This document shows positions 17,089-26,269 of a stretch of 41,483 nucleotides of DNA, one piece after another. The notes under the pieces were generated by a model. The model made no database searches, had not been told where the DNA came from, and worked only from the letters and a program-made list of their open reading frames with translations. The translations under genes were made by a program, and so were the position numbers. Positions within the stretch are counted from its first letter, which is position 1. Each line of letters starts with the position of its first letter. The DNA is from Polyangiales bacterium (lineage in GTDB: Bacteria > Myxococcota_A > Polyangia > Polyangiales > Houyiibacteriaceae): the NCBI GenBank assembly GCA_049670545.1, contig JBATTM010000090.1:1-41483 (forward strand). The letters run 5' to 3'.

Positions 17089-18156
17089 ATGTTTCGCCCC
17101 GCGACCGATGATGTCCGGATCGACGACCTCCGGCCGCTGATTCCGCCCGCTGTCTTGATGGAGGAGATCCATCCGGGGGACGCAGCGATCGCGCGCATCT
17201 CCGAGGCGCGCCGGCAAATCGGCGACATCGTGCATGGGAGAAACGACCGCTTGGTGGTGGTGGTCGGCCCATGCTCGATTCACGACCCGCAAGCCGCCAT
17301 GGAGTACGCGAACCGGTTGAAGCCGCTGGCGGACGCCCACCGAGACGACCTGCTCATCGTCATGCGAACCTACTTCGAGAAGCCACGGACGACGGTCGGC
17401 TGGAAGGGGCTGATCAACGACCCGTATCTCGACGACAGCTTCGACATCAATCATGGGCTACGCGTCGCCCGCGGCCTTCTGAGCAGCCTCGCCGAGCTCG
17501 ATCTTCCTGCGGGGACCGAGTTTCTCGACCCGATCTCTCCGCAGTTCATGGCGGACCTCGTTTCGTGGGGCGCGATCGGAGCGCGCACGACGGAAAGCCA
17601 AGTGCACCGGGAGCTCGCAAGCGGGCTCTCCATGCCGGTCGGCTTCAAGAACGGAACGCGTGGCACGATCAAGATCGCAGTCGAAGCGGTCAAAGCAGCA
17701 CAGAACTCGCACCACTTCCTCTCGGTGACCAAGCAAGGGCTCACGGCGATCGTCGCCACGAAAGGGAACACCGACTGCCACGTCATTCTGCGAGGCGGTA
17801 CGGGGAAACCGAACTTTCACCCGGAGTCGATCGCCGAAACGACCACCATGTTACGCGACGCGTCGATGGAGCCGAGGCTCATGGTCGACTGCAGTCACGC
17901 CAATAGCGGCAAAGACCACGAGAAGCAGGCCGGCGTTGCGAGCGCCGTCGGGGCACAACTGGCGAGCGGCAGCACCGGGGTTTTCGGCGTGATGCTCGAA
18001 AGCTTTCTGGTGGGCGGTCGGCAGGACAAACAAGAAGGTCGTGAACTCACGTACGGCCAGAGCATCACCGACGCCTGCATGAGTTGGGATGCGACGGTGC
18101 CCGTGCTCGACGAGCTGGCCACATCGGTGCAAGCGCGTCGTCGCGCAGGCACGTAG
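17089..18156 (+). CDS. 3-deoxy-7-phosphoheptulonate (DAHP) synthase, class I (AroF/G/H type)
   Basis: Trimmed to the ATG at 17089. MFRPATDDVRIDDLRPLIPPAVLMEE…NDRLVVVVGPCSIHDPQAAMEYANRL parallels the E. coli AroG N-terminus (DDLRIKEIKELLPP…DDRLLVVIGPCSIHDP). Length is 355 aa. Confidence 0.92.
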   Translation: MFRPATDDVRIDDLRPLIPPAVLMEEIHPGDAAIARISEARRQIGDIVHGRNDRLVVVVGPCSIHDPQAAMEYANRLKPLADAHRDDLLIVMRTYFEKPRTTVGWKGLINDPYLDDSFDINHGLRVARGLLSSLAELDLPAGTEFLDPISPQFMADLVSWGAIGARTTESQVHRELASGLSMPVGFKNGTRGTIKIAVEAVKAAQNSHHFLSVTKQGLTAIVATKGNTDCHVILRGGTGKPNFHPESIAETTTMLRDASMEPRLMVDCSHANSGKDHEKQAGVASAVGAQLASGSTGVFGVMLESFLVGGRQDKQEGRELTYGQSITDACMSWDATVPVLDELATSVQARRRAGT

Positions 18157-18163
18157 GCGCCAC

Positions 18164-19453
18164 TCAGAGAAAGTTTGGGGCCGCGACCGGAAGCTCGATC
18201 GAGTTCGGCAGCCGGTCGAACGCGGCAGCCTTGAACGCCTTGGCGGGGGTGTCGCAGGTCTCGGCGCGGGGGCGCCCCGCGAGCCACTCGCTCGGGCAGC
18301 ACCGATCGATCGGCGGAACATCTTCCGAGTTGGCGCAAGGCTCTACCTTGGGCCGAGCGCGAGGTGCCACGCCCGCGATCTGACCCCCCACTCCCGAAAA
18401 GGTCACCCCTAGGCTGAACGCGTCGCATTCCGCGTCGAGGCCGTCGAGTTCTGGGTCAGCCGGCACGTCTGCATACTCGCCGAAGAGAGTCTCGATCACC
18501 GTGGCGTTGAGGGCACAGATGCCGATCTGTGCGGTCGCGCTCGCGAGGGTCTCGAGTGTCATTCTTCCGGTAAAGAGCCCGTGATCCAACCGCGACCGGT
18601 CCTCACTGATGTCCCCAGTCATGAAGCCGCCGTTGACGAGAACACTCATCGACCCGTCGCTAGGCAGCGACCCATCGCCCGACACGAGCCGAAAACCCGT
18701 TCCCGCGCGCAATGGAATCACGATCCTGCCGAACGAGACGTACGCCTGCTCGTGGACGATCTTGGGTCGCATGATGTCGGGCGTTCCACTCGCGTCCTCC
18801 TCGAAATCTTCGGGGTCGACAAACCAGGAGTCGCGACCCGCCCATCCGGGGTCGGGGGCGACCCGATCGTCGTTGCCGTCCTTGTAGACGAGCGCTACGT
18901 CGTCGTCGGCCGGGAAACCAACGAGGGCAGGATCTTCGTCGGTGCCATCGACCGAAGTGGTCAACGTGGCGACGACACTCGCGTCGTCTTGCTCCCCATT
19001 CCACTCCCGAACGACCAAGAGAATCGTCCCGGCTCCGATTCCCATCGTGAGCGCGAGATTGTCCTGTAGGCACGGCAAGACCGCGCCCGCTGCAGGGAGG
19101 AGGGTCGAACCGAGAGAATTGTCGATGCCCTTGTCTCCATCGACGACCGATTGCCCGACTGTCTCGCCTTCGATCTCGCGGGGGCGGCAACTCGCGTCTT
19201 CCTGGCCGGTGGTTACCATCGAATCGAGGTCGAGGCCGATGGTGGCAGCGTTCTCCGCAGACTGTTCGACGAACACGTCTTTGAGCGCGAACACCAAGGT
19301 CTCTTGGTCGACTTCGGAGCTCGTCGCGGCAGAGGGTCGCGGTGGAACGCCCGCGGTAGTTGCGTCGATCAACTCCGGGTCGTAGACGGAGCAGCTCGCG
19401 ACCACGAGCCACACGAGTCCACCCGTGCAGAAGTTCCTACTAAGCAAGCGCAT
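18164..19453 (-). CDS. secreted lipoprotein of unknown function, paralogue family member 2
   Basis: Trimmed to the ATG at 19453 (MRLLSRNFCTGGLVWLVVASCSVYDPELI…), because the upstream ORF extension overlaps the neighbouring LLM gene. Lipobox VASC. It is collinear with member 1. Confidence 0.7.
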   Translation of the reverse strand: MRLLSRNFCTGGLVWLVVASCSVYDPELIDATTAGVPPRPSAATSSEVDQETLVFALKDVFVEQSAENAATIGLDLDSMVTTGQEDASCRPREIEGETVGQSVVDGDKGIDNSLGSTLLPAAGAVLPCLQDNLALTMGIGAGTILLVVREWNGEQDDASVVATLTTSVDGTDEDPALVGFPADDDVALVYKDGNDDRVAPDPGWAGRDSWFVDPEDFEEDASGTPDIMRPKIVHEQAYVSFGRIVIPLRAGTGFRLVSGDGSLPSDGSMSVLVNGGFMTGDISEDRSRLDHGLFTGRMTLETLASATAQIGICALNATVIETLFGEYADVPADPELDGLDAECDAFSLGVTFSGVGGQIAGVAPRARPKVEPCANSEDVPPIDRCCPSEWLAGRPRAETCDTPAKAFKAAAFDRLPNSIELPVAAPNFL

Positions 19454-19526
19454 GACGCTGGTCCCCCACCCTCCAGCGTAACAAACGGCGCGCCGAGACC
19501 ACAACGAGGGTGGGACAATGTGCGCT

Positions 19527-20528
19527 CTAGCTCGACGGCGCCATGGTCCGGATGAACATCTCCAGCATGTTCCAGGGCAGATTCGAGGGGAGGTTGAGGA
19601 TCGGAAGCGTGATCCCGAACTCGCGGCGCCGGCGTAGCTCTTCGATGCAGTACTTGGGATCGCCAGCCACGGTGAGAGCTTCAATCATTCCTTCCGACAC
19701 GGCCTCCGCAGCCTGGGACCGAGTCGCTTTGTCGCGGAAAAGGTCCTCGATGCGCTTGCACTCGTCCGAGTACCCAAACCCGCTCAACAGCTCTTTGTAA
19801 TAGTCACCCATCCCGCCGATGTAGAACGAAATGATCTGTCGTGCTTCTTTGATGCCAGCGTCACCAAGGGGAATGACGGTCGTGAACGGGGCGGTCGCGA
19901 TCTCGCTTGGATCGCGCCCTGCCTTGGCGGCCCCCTTTGCGATCCACGCGTGGCCTTGCTTGAGCTCGCCATAGGGCCAGAACGTCGGAATCCATCCGTC
20001 CGCCATCTCACCGATCGACGTGATCGACTTTTCTTTGAGTGCGGCCACGTAGATTGGAATGTCAGGGCGAGCAGGCGTCATCGCGAGATCGAACGGGCGG
20101 TACTCATTGAGCTTTGCATCGCTGTCGGTGAGTTTCTTGCCGCTCAAGAGGGCACGCGTCACTCGAATGACGTCGCGAACCTGCGTCAGTGGCTTGGTGA
20201 ATGGGCGACCGTGGAACCCTTCGATCACGCGCTTTCCGCTCGTTCCAATCCCGAGCACCATTCGGCCTTCGCTGATCTCGTCGACGGTCGCGGCATTCAT
20301 GGCAATGAGCGAAGGCGAGCGGCTGAACACATTGACGATGCCGGTCCCGAGCTTGATCCGTTTGGTGTGTACGGCCATCTCCGTCAGAAGCGAGAAGATC
20401 TCGTACCCCCAGGCTTCCGGTATCCAGAACGAGTCGTAGCCGAGTTCGTCGGCGAGAATCGCCGCCTTGAGATAGAGTTCGCGGTCGTAGTTCTTCCAGA
20501 AAGCGATCAGCCCGGTGCGCTCGGTCAT
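19527..20528 (-). CDS. luciferase-like monooxygenase (LLM) class flavin/F420-dependent oxidoreductase
   Basis: Trimmed to the ATG at 20528 with [51 protein letters not shown]…[17 protein letters not shown]…MVLGIGTSG is typical of the LLM TIM-barrel family. Confidence 0.85.
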   Translation of the reverse strand: MTERTGLIAFWKNYDRELYLKAAILADELGYDSFWIPEAWGYEIFSLLTEMAVHTKRIKLGTGIVNVFSRSPSLIAMNAATVDEISEGRMVLGIGTSGKRVIEGFHGRPFTKPLTQVRDVIRVTRALLSGKKLTDSDAKLNEYRPFDLAMTPARPDIPIYVAALKEKSITSIGEMADGWIPTFWPYGELKQGHAWIAKGAAKAGRDPSEIATAPFTTVIPLGDAGIKEARQIISFYIGGMGDYYKELLSGFGYSDECKRIEDLFRDKATRSQAAEAVSEGMIEALTVAGDPKYCIEELRRRREFGITLPILNLPSNLPWNMLEMFIRTMAPSS

Positions 20529-20663
20529 AGGACCCTCCACGCATGGAGGTAGACCGGACAAACCCTGCGTACAAGGGCCCGTCGGACTGCAACAACGCGC
20601 GCGGCGATCCTTGACATTCCGCTGCGATCCGTGACAGGAGCGTGGTTTTCGGGAGCGAATCGA

Positions 20664-21686
20664 ATGAAGATCGACTCGGGCTTGCTGGGAGCGGAAATCG
20701 GACAGGTCGTCCGGCAGGCGCGCGAACTGGAGGAAGCAGGCTTCGATGGTTGCTTCACCTTCGAGGGGCCGCACGAACCATTCTTGAGTCTCCTCCTTGC
20801 AGCCGAGCACACCAACCTCGAGGTCGGGACAGGTCTTGCCGTGGCATTCGCGCGGACCCCAATGACCGTCGCGAACATCGCGCACGATCTTCAGCACTTC
20901 GCGGGCGGGCGGTTGTGGTTGGGCCTCGGATCTCAGATCAGGCCCCACATCGAGGCTCGCTATGGGATGCCGTGGTCGAAACCAGTATCCCGCATGAAAG
21001 AGTTCATCGGCGCTCTGCGGGCGATTTGGCGGGCGTGGGAGCGCGGCGAGAAACTCGATTTTCGGGGGGACTTCTACACCCACACCCTGATGCCACCGAT
21101 CTTCAATCCAGGCCCAGCCGAAGGAGGATCGCCGCCGATCTACCTCGGTGGGGTCGGGCCCAAAATGACCGAAGCCGCAGGCGAGGTTGCGGATGGCATG
21201 CTTCTGCATCCGTTCCACACGGAGAACTCCCTCCAACAGGTGACCCTGCCCGCGGTGGAGCGCGGACTGGAATCGGCTGGCCGCACCCTCGACGACTTCC
21301 GCTTGAGCGCCCAAGTGATCATCGTGACTGGGCGCGACGATGCCGAGCGCGAACGTGCGCTCGCCATGGCGCGCAACCAGATCGCTTTCTACGCGTCCAC
21401 ACCCGCATACCGCAGCGTCCTCGAGGCAGAGGGCAAAGGAGAGCTACAGCCGACCCTCAGGGCGATGACGAAAGAAGGGCGCTGGGGGGACATGGCGTCC
21501 GCGATCGACGACGAACTCTTGCAAGCCATCGCAGTGATCGGAACGCCCAAGGAGATCGCCAACACCCTGACGAAACGATACGCCGATCTCGCGTCGCGGA
21601 TCGCATTCGCCTCCCCATTCCCGATCGCGTCGGAGTGCTCGGCCGAGATCATCGAGCGCTTCAGGGAGAGCAATCCGAGGTCATGA
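20664..21686 (+). CDS. LLM class oxidoreductase (resembles the probable F420-dependent MSMEG_2256-type subgroup)
   Basis: Trimmed to the ATG at 20664 with GGGAG SD. The blocks are MKIDSGLL…[26 protein letters not shown]…[13 protein letters not shown]…[24 protein letters not shown]. The cofactor cannot be determined from sequence by eye. Confidence 0.85.
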   Translation: MKIDSGLLGAEIGQVVRQARELEEAGFDGCFTFEGPHEPFLSLLLAAEHTNLEVGTGLAVAFARTPMTVANIAHDLQHFAGGRLWLGLGSQIRPHIEARYGMPWSKPVSRMKEFIGALRAIWRAWERGEKLDFRGDFYTHTLMPPIFNPGPAEGGSPPIYLGGVGPKMTEAAGEVADGMLLHPFHTENSLQQVTLPAVERGLESAGRTLDDFRLSAQVIIVTGRDDAERERALAMARNQIAFYASTPAYRSVLEAEGKGELQPTLRAMTKEGRWGDMASAIDDELLQAIAVIGTPKEIANTLTKRYADLASRIAFASPFPIASECSAEIIERFRESNPRS

Positions 21687-24070
21687 CTGGGGCGTTCTGT
21701 ATTCCGCTGGGCGAAGTGACCGACGAAGCGTTCGGAGGGAAAGCAGCGGGGCTCGGGCGCCTCATTCGAGACGGGTTCACTGTGCCGGACGGGTTTGTCG
21801 TCGTGGATGCGGAGAGCGGCTCGATGCCCGACGATCTTGCAGCGCGGTACGAGGGGATCGGGGCAGGAAAGGTCGCCGTTCGTTCCTCAGCGACTGGCGA
21901 AGACTCCGCGGGCGCATCGTTTGCCGGGCAATACGAAACCATCCTCAACGTGGAGGGGCTGCACGCGCTGGAAGATGCAATCGAGTCGTGCGTGCGCTCG
22001 GTGGAGGCTGCGCACGCGTCAGCATACCGAACGGAGCAGACCGGGGATGCGAACACGGTGATGCACGTCGTCGTTCAAACCATGGTGGACGCGCGGGCAG
22101 CCGGAGTGCTGTTTACCGCAGATCCTGTGAGCGCACGGCGAGACCGCGTCGTGATCGACGCCGTCCTGGGGCTCGGGGAGTCGCTCGTGAGCGGCGCACG
22201 CACACCCGATCACTGGCTCTACGACAAGACCGGAAGCCTCGTCCGCGCCGAGCTCCAAGATGCGCAACCGGTGCTGGACGACCACGAGCGAGTGGCGTTG
22301 CTCGAAGGCGCCCTGCGGGCTGAGGCGGCGCAGCGCGCACCTCTCGACATGGAATGGGCGATCGACCACGGCGGGCGTCTGTGGTGGTTACAGGCACGGC
22401 CTATCACCCAGCTTCCCGCGGACCCCAATGAGCTGGACACGAAGCCCGCGGGCAACGCCGTCTACACGTGGGCCAACATCGGCGAGATGATGCCTGGCGC
22501 GGTAACGCCACTCACGTACTCCGTCACCGGGCGCGGGATCGACATCGGCATGCAGCGCATGTATCGCAGCATTGGATCGCACGTCCCTGAGACCCGAGGG
22601 CTACGCTACGTGGCCATGTTTCATGGGCACCTCTTCCTCGACCTTCGAACCCTTTCGGATCTCGCGGCAGACGTCGCGGGTTCGACGAAGGCGCAGATGT
22701 GCCTGGCCCTGTGCGGACGCGATATCGAAGAGCTCGACGAACCAGAGCCCGCCTCGCGCTGGAGGCGCACGCGCAACGGAGTGCGCTACTTTCAAATGCT
22801 GCTCTCGGCGAAACGCTACGGGCGCGCTCTCGACGAGCTCAAGGACAGCCTGTCGCTCCCGGAGGCCGCGAGCGCCCGAAGCTACTACGAAGCGATCGAC
22901 AAGACCCTGCCCGCAATCTGGCGCGCCTACGAGCTTCACCTGATGTCGTCCGCAGCAGCGGGGGCGCTAAGCCCGATTCTCCTCGGGATCGTCGCCAAGG
23001 GGAAGGAGCCCACTGGGGCCCATCACGCCGATGTCGCGGAGATGCTGGCTGGCGCAACCGAGGTCGAAAGCGCCGACATCGCAGCAGGGGCCGAACGCAT
23101 CGTCGCGTTACTCGCGCGACATCGAGACGCGCGAACCTCGTTCGCAGACGCTGACCCCGACGCAGCCTCACAGTGGCTCCAGTCCGCGGAAGCTGGCGAG
23201 GCCGGCGCCGAGTTCGCTCGCTACCTCGGCCGTCACGGCCATCGCGCCGTGCGTGAACTCGAGTTGCGTCAACAGGGATGGGCGATCGACCCTCGCCCAG
23301 TAGTCGCTTCGCTACAGTCAGGCGTGCGAGCACGTCTCGAAGGTGCTTCGAGGCAACCGCGCCGAGACGCGAGAACCGCCCAGCCGGAAGACGTACACGC
23401 AACTCATCCCTACCTGAATCGCCTGATGCCAATCGCACACGGGGCGGTGCGCTGCCGTGAGCACACCAAGTCGGGGCTCGTGGCTGTCACGACGCACTTC
23501 AAGATCGCGTATCGGGAACTCGGGGATCGCTTGGTGCGAGAAGGTCTGCTTCCCGACCAAGACACGGTGTTCTTCCTGACTCACGAGGAGCTCGGGCGAT
23601 TGGTGCGCGGGGAGATCGACCTCGAGGCGCGCGCCGTGGCACGACGACGCACGACGGACGTTCAAATGGGACTTCGGTTCCCGGAGGTGTTTACCGGGCG
23701 ACCCGAGCCACTGACGGAAGAACTCGATCGCACCGTCGGCGGCGCGCTCGTGGGGCGGCCCGTCAGTCGGGGCGTCGTGCGAGGCATCGCGCGCGTCGTC
23801 AAGACACTCGACGAAGCATCGGCGCTTCGCCCAGGCGAGATCCTGGTCGCCCCGATCACTGACGTCGGCTGGACTCCATACTTCAATCTGATCGCCGGGC
23901 TCGCGACCGACGTAGGCAGCGCAGTATCGCATGGTGCTGTCGTGGCGCGTGAATACGGCCTCCCTGCGGTCGTCAACTTGCGGGTGGCGACATCGCGGTT
24001 CCAAACCGGGGATCGAGTCGTTCTCGACGGCGACGCCGGAACGCTTTCCTTCGACGACGACGGACCTTGA
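21683..24070 (+). CDS. PEP/pyruvate-binding (PPDK_N ATP-grasp) + swivel phospho-His domain enzyme, rifampicin-phosphotransferase-like architecture
   Basis: The 1142-aa ORF is trimmed to the ATG at 21683 (GAGG SD; ATGA overlap with the upstream stop). The N-terminus FGGKAAGLGRL…VAVRSSATGEDSAGASFAGQYET…DMEWAI is PPDK_N. There is a long middle domain. The C-terminal ILVAPITDVGWTPYF…ATDVGSAVSHGAVVAREYGLPAV is the PEP-utilizer mobile domain with the catalytic His. Confidence 0.85.
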   Translation: MTGAFCIPLGEVTDEAFGGKAAGLGRLIRDGFTVPDGFVVVDAESGSMPDDLAARYEGIGAGKVAVRSSATGEDSAGASFAGQYETILNVEGLHALEDAIESCVRSVEAAHASAYRTEQTGDANTVMHVVVQTMVDARAAGVLFTADPVSARRDRVVIDAVLGLGESLVSGARTPDHWLYDKTGSLVRAELQDAQPVLDDHERVALLEGALRAEAAQRAPLDMEWAIDHGGRLWWLQARPITQLPADPNELDTKPAGNAVYTWANIGEMMPGAVTPLTYSVTGRGIDIGMQRMYRSIGSHVPETRGLRYVAMFHGHLFLDLRTLSDLAADVAGSTKAQMCLALCGRDIEELDEPEPASRWRRTRNGVRYFQMLLSAKRYGRALDELKDSLSLPEAASARSYYEAIDKTLPAIWRAYELHLMSSAAAGALSPILLGIVAKGKEPTGAHHADVAEMLAGATEVESADIAAGAERIVALLARHRDARTSFADADPDAASQWLQSAEAGEAGAEFARYLGRHGHRAVRELELRQQGWAIDPRPVVASLQSGVRARLEGASRQPRRDARTAQPEDVHATHPYLNRLMPIAHGAVRCREHTKSGLVAVTTHFKIAYRELGDRLVREGLLPDQDTVFFLTHEELGRLVRGEIDLEARAVARRRTTDVQMGLRFPEVFTGRPEPLTEELDRTVGGALVGRPVSRGVVRGIARVVKTLDEASALRPGEILVAPITDVGWTPYFNLIAGLATDVGSAVSHGAVVAREYGLPAVVNLRVATSRFQTGDRVVLDGDAGTLSFDDDGP

Positions 24071-24116
24071 CATCTTGGGTTGATATGCGATCGCGAGGTG
24101 CCCAATAGGAGCGAGC

Positions 24117-25268
24117 ATGGTAGCGACGATCGGACTGACAGGACTTCGCCCGAACCCAGAAAGTGCTGGGAAAGTCACCTCTCCTCCCTACGACGTGATC
24201 AAGCCGGGAACCTCGCTCGAGACGCTCCTGCGGAACGAGCCCTCGTCGCTCTTCCACATCATCCTCGGCGACGATCCCAAGACAGCCGCTGATCGCCTCG
24301 TGGCCGAGGGAATGCTGATCGAAGACGACGAGCCTTCGTACTATGTGTACGAGCAAACGTGGCGGGGCGGTCGTCGCGTTGGCGTGTTCGTGGCTGCGGA
24401 AGTCACGCCGTACCAAGACATGCAGGTGATCCGTCACGAGAAGACCTTCGACGACAAGGTCAAGGGCCGGATCGCGATGCGAAAGGCCACCAATCTTCAC
24501 ATCGGGCCCGTGTTCGCACTGACCCAAGGGCCGATCGCCGAGGCGGTGCACCCGATCCTCGAGGAGGCGCCGCTCTACGAGTTCACAAGCGAGTTCGGGG
24601 GCTTCTCGGAGCTCGAAGGGATCACCAACAAGGTATGGAAGACCCCCGAGACCAGCGTCACGGGGACGGCGATCAAAGAAGCACTCGCAAACGCCCCCCT
24701 CTACATCGCGGACGGTCATCATCGCTACCATGCGAGCCTCCTCAATGAGCAAACCCACTTCCTCGCCTACGTGACTGAAGGCGCGATCATCCAGGCGTAC
24801 AACCGGGTGATCAACGGCGTGGTTCCGTTCTCGGAAATCAAAGACCAGCTGCCACTCGAGCCAGTCGACGACTTCCATACGCCCGCGAAGAACCGCTTCT
24901 GCATCTACACTGCGGACGGCACGTACGAACTGGCCGCTGAGAAAGTCCCAACCGACGTGGTGGGCCGTCTCGACTGCGCGATTCTCGAGCGTGAACTGTA
25001 CCCACGGCTTGGCCTCACGCACGACATGATCGCCGACCTGAAACACTTCGACTACTACTCCGAGTCCGCGCTTCCGACGATGAAGGCCGTCGTCGATCGG
25101 GGGGACTACGACATCGCCGTCGCCCTCCACCCCGTGAGCCTCCACGAACTGATGGCGGTGGCCGACGCGGGCCTCGAAGATCCCGATATCGTGATGCCCG
25201 AAAAGAGCACCTTCTTTGCCCCAAAGATTCTCTCGGGGTTGTTCCTGTACCGCTACGCGAAGAGGTGA
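24117..25268 (+). CDS. DUF1015 family protein (function unknown)
   Basis: 383 aa with AGGAG SD. Family-typical motifs are SPPYDVI near the N-terminus and IADGHHRY mid-protein. Confidence 0.8.
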   Translation: MVATIGLTGLRPNPESAGKVTSPPYDVIKPGTSLETLLRNEPSSLFHIILGDDPKTAADRLVAEGMLIEDDEPSYYVYEQTWRGGRRVGVFVAAEVTPYQDMQVIRHEKTFDDKVKGRIAMRKATNLHIGPVFALTQGPIAEAVHPILEEAPLYEFTSEFGGFSELEGITNKVWKTPETSVTGTAIKEALANAPLYIADGHHRYHASLLNEQTHFLAYVTEGAIIQAYNRVINGVVPFSEIKDQLPLEPVDDFHTPAKNRFCIYTADGTYELAAEKVPTDVVGRLDCAILERELYPRLGLTHDMIADLKHFDYYSESALPTMKAVVDRGDYDIAVALHPVSLHELMAVADAGLEDPDIVMPEKSTFFAPKILSGLFLYRYAKR

Positions 25269-25320
25269 TCGCTTGAGCGCCCTTCCCCAGTACGGTCGCA
25301 ACCTCAGCGACACTCAAACG

Positions 25321-26259
25321 ATGCGTGCGATCGTGATTCAGCGATACGGAGGTCCCGAAGTCCTCGAAGAAATCTCCGTACCGCGCCCGATTCCCAAGCG
25401 AGGCCAAGTGCTGGTCAAAACGTCGTTCATCGGGGTGAACCCGAAAGACGTGATCGTGCGCAAAGGCAAATTCAAGATCGCGACAGGGAGAAAGTTTCCG
25501 CTCATCGTCGGACACGATATCGCAGGCGAGGTGGTCGAGGTCGGAGCCGGCGCAGACCTGACGGTCGGCGACAATGTCTTCGGAATGATCAACGACTTCG
25601 CGGGGCGCGCATACGCGGAGTATGCCGCAGTCGACGCGGACCAACTCGGAATCGTGCCAACAACCATCGACCTCCGAATCGCAGCCGCGGTCCCGCTTGC
25701 GGCGCAAACCGCGCTGCAGGGCCTGCGAGATGACGCGAGAATCGCATCGGGCCACAACGTTCTCATCAATGGAGCATCAGGCGGCGTCGGGGTCTTTGCC
25801 GTTCAGATCGCGAAGATCTTCGGCGCGCGCGTCACCGCAGTCTGCAGCCATCGCAACATCGACCTCGCGCGCGAACTCGGTGCCGACGAAGTGATCGACT
25901 ACACCCAAGCCAACCTCCTCGCATCGAACGAGCAGTTCGATATCTTCTATGACGTGTTCGGCAACTACTCGTTCGACAAGGTCGTGCACCTGCTCAAGTC
26001 GCGAGGGACGTATGTGCAGACGATTCCGAGCGCCCGGATTTTCAAGGACGTCGCCCGAACCGCCATCCGACGGCAACGCGCCAAGCTGGTCGTCGTTCGG
26101 TCGCGCCGCTCACAACTAGACTGGCTTCGCGCTCAGATCGATGGTGGGCGCCTTCGCGTCGTGCTGGACCGCACGTTTGCGTTGAGTCAGGCTTCCGATG
26201 CTCACCGCTACATGGAGACCAAACGGGCGCGAGGGAAAGTCGTGCTGGAAGTCAGCTGA
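25321..26259 (+). CDS. NAD(P)H-dependent medium-chain dehydrogenase/reductase (quinone-oxidoreductase-like)
   Basis: Trimmed to the ATG at 25321 (MRAIVIQRYGGPEVLEE…). It has the nucleotide-binding block VLINGASGGVGVFAVQIAK and the C-terminal KRARGKVVLEV typical of zeta-crystallin-like MDRs. Confidence 0.85.
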   Translation: MRAIVIQRYGGPEVLEEISVPRPIPKRGQVLVKTSFIGVNPKDVIVRKGKFKIATGRKFPLIVGHDIAGEVVEVGAGADLTVGDNVFGMINDFAGRAYAEYAAVDADQLGIVPTTIDLRIAAAVPLAAQTALQGLRDDARIASGHNVLINGASGGVGVFAVQIAKIFGARVTAVCSHRNIDLARELGADEVIDYTQANLLASNEQFDIFYDVFGNYSFDKVVHLLKSRGTYVQTIPSARIFKDVARTAIRRQRAKLVVVRSRRSQLDWLRAQIDGGRLRVVLDRTFALSQASDAHRYMETKRARGKVVLEVS

Positions 26260-26269
26260 GGAGAATCAG

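Noticed and set aside
19465-19514. 9-bp inverted repeat CCCACCCTC / GAGGGTGGG separated by 32 nt, between the LLM gene stop and the paralogue 2 start
   Set aside because: The loop is too long and there is no T-run for an intrinsic terminator, and the repeat is not found elsewhere in the window. I could not support a regulatory call.
20611-20639. TTGACA at 20611-20616 as the -35 of a promoter for the seven-gene cluster
   Set aside because: No acceptable -10 hexamer occurs at a 16-18 nt spacing (ACAGGA, GACAGG, CAGGAG). The geometry is plausible but the evidence is too weak to list it as a feature.
20642-21682. Upstream 347 codons of the 1142-aa ORF 20642..24070, which would give a giant fusion protein
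   Set aside because: This part is Arg/Gly/Pro-rich low complexity and overlaps, in another frame, a well-supported LLM gene (20664..21686). The recognisable PPDK_N domain starts exactly at the ATG at 21683, which has an SD. This is a typical open alternative frame in GC-rich DNA.
23973-25313. 446-aa minus-strand ORF (and 23318..24178, 286 aa) antisense to the phosphotransferase and DUF1015 genes
   Set aside because: The composition is Arg/Val/His/Gly-rich, no motif is recognisable, and it lies entirely opposite genes with clear family signatures. It is a GC-rich antisense artefact.
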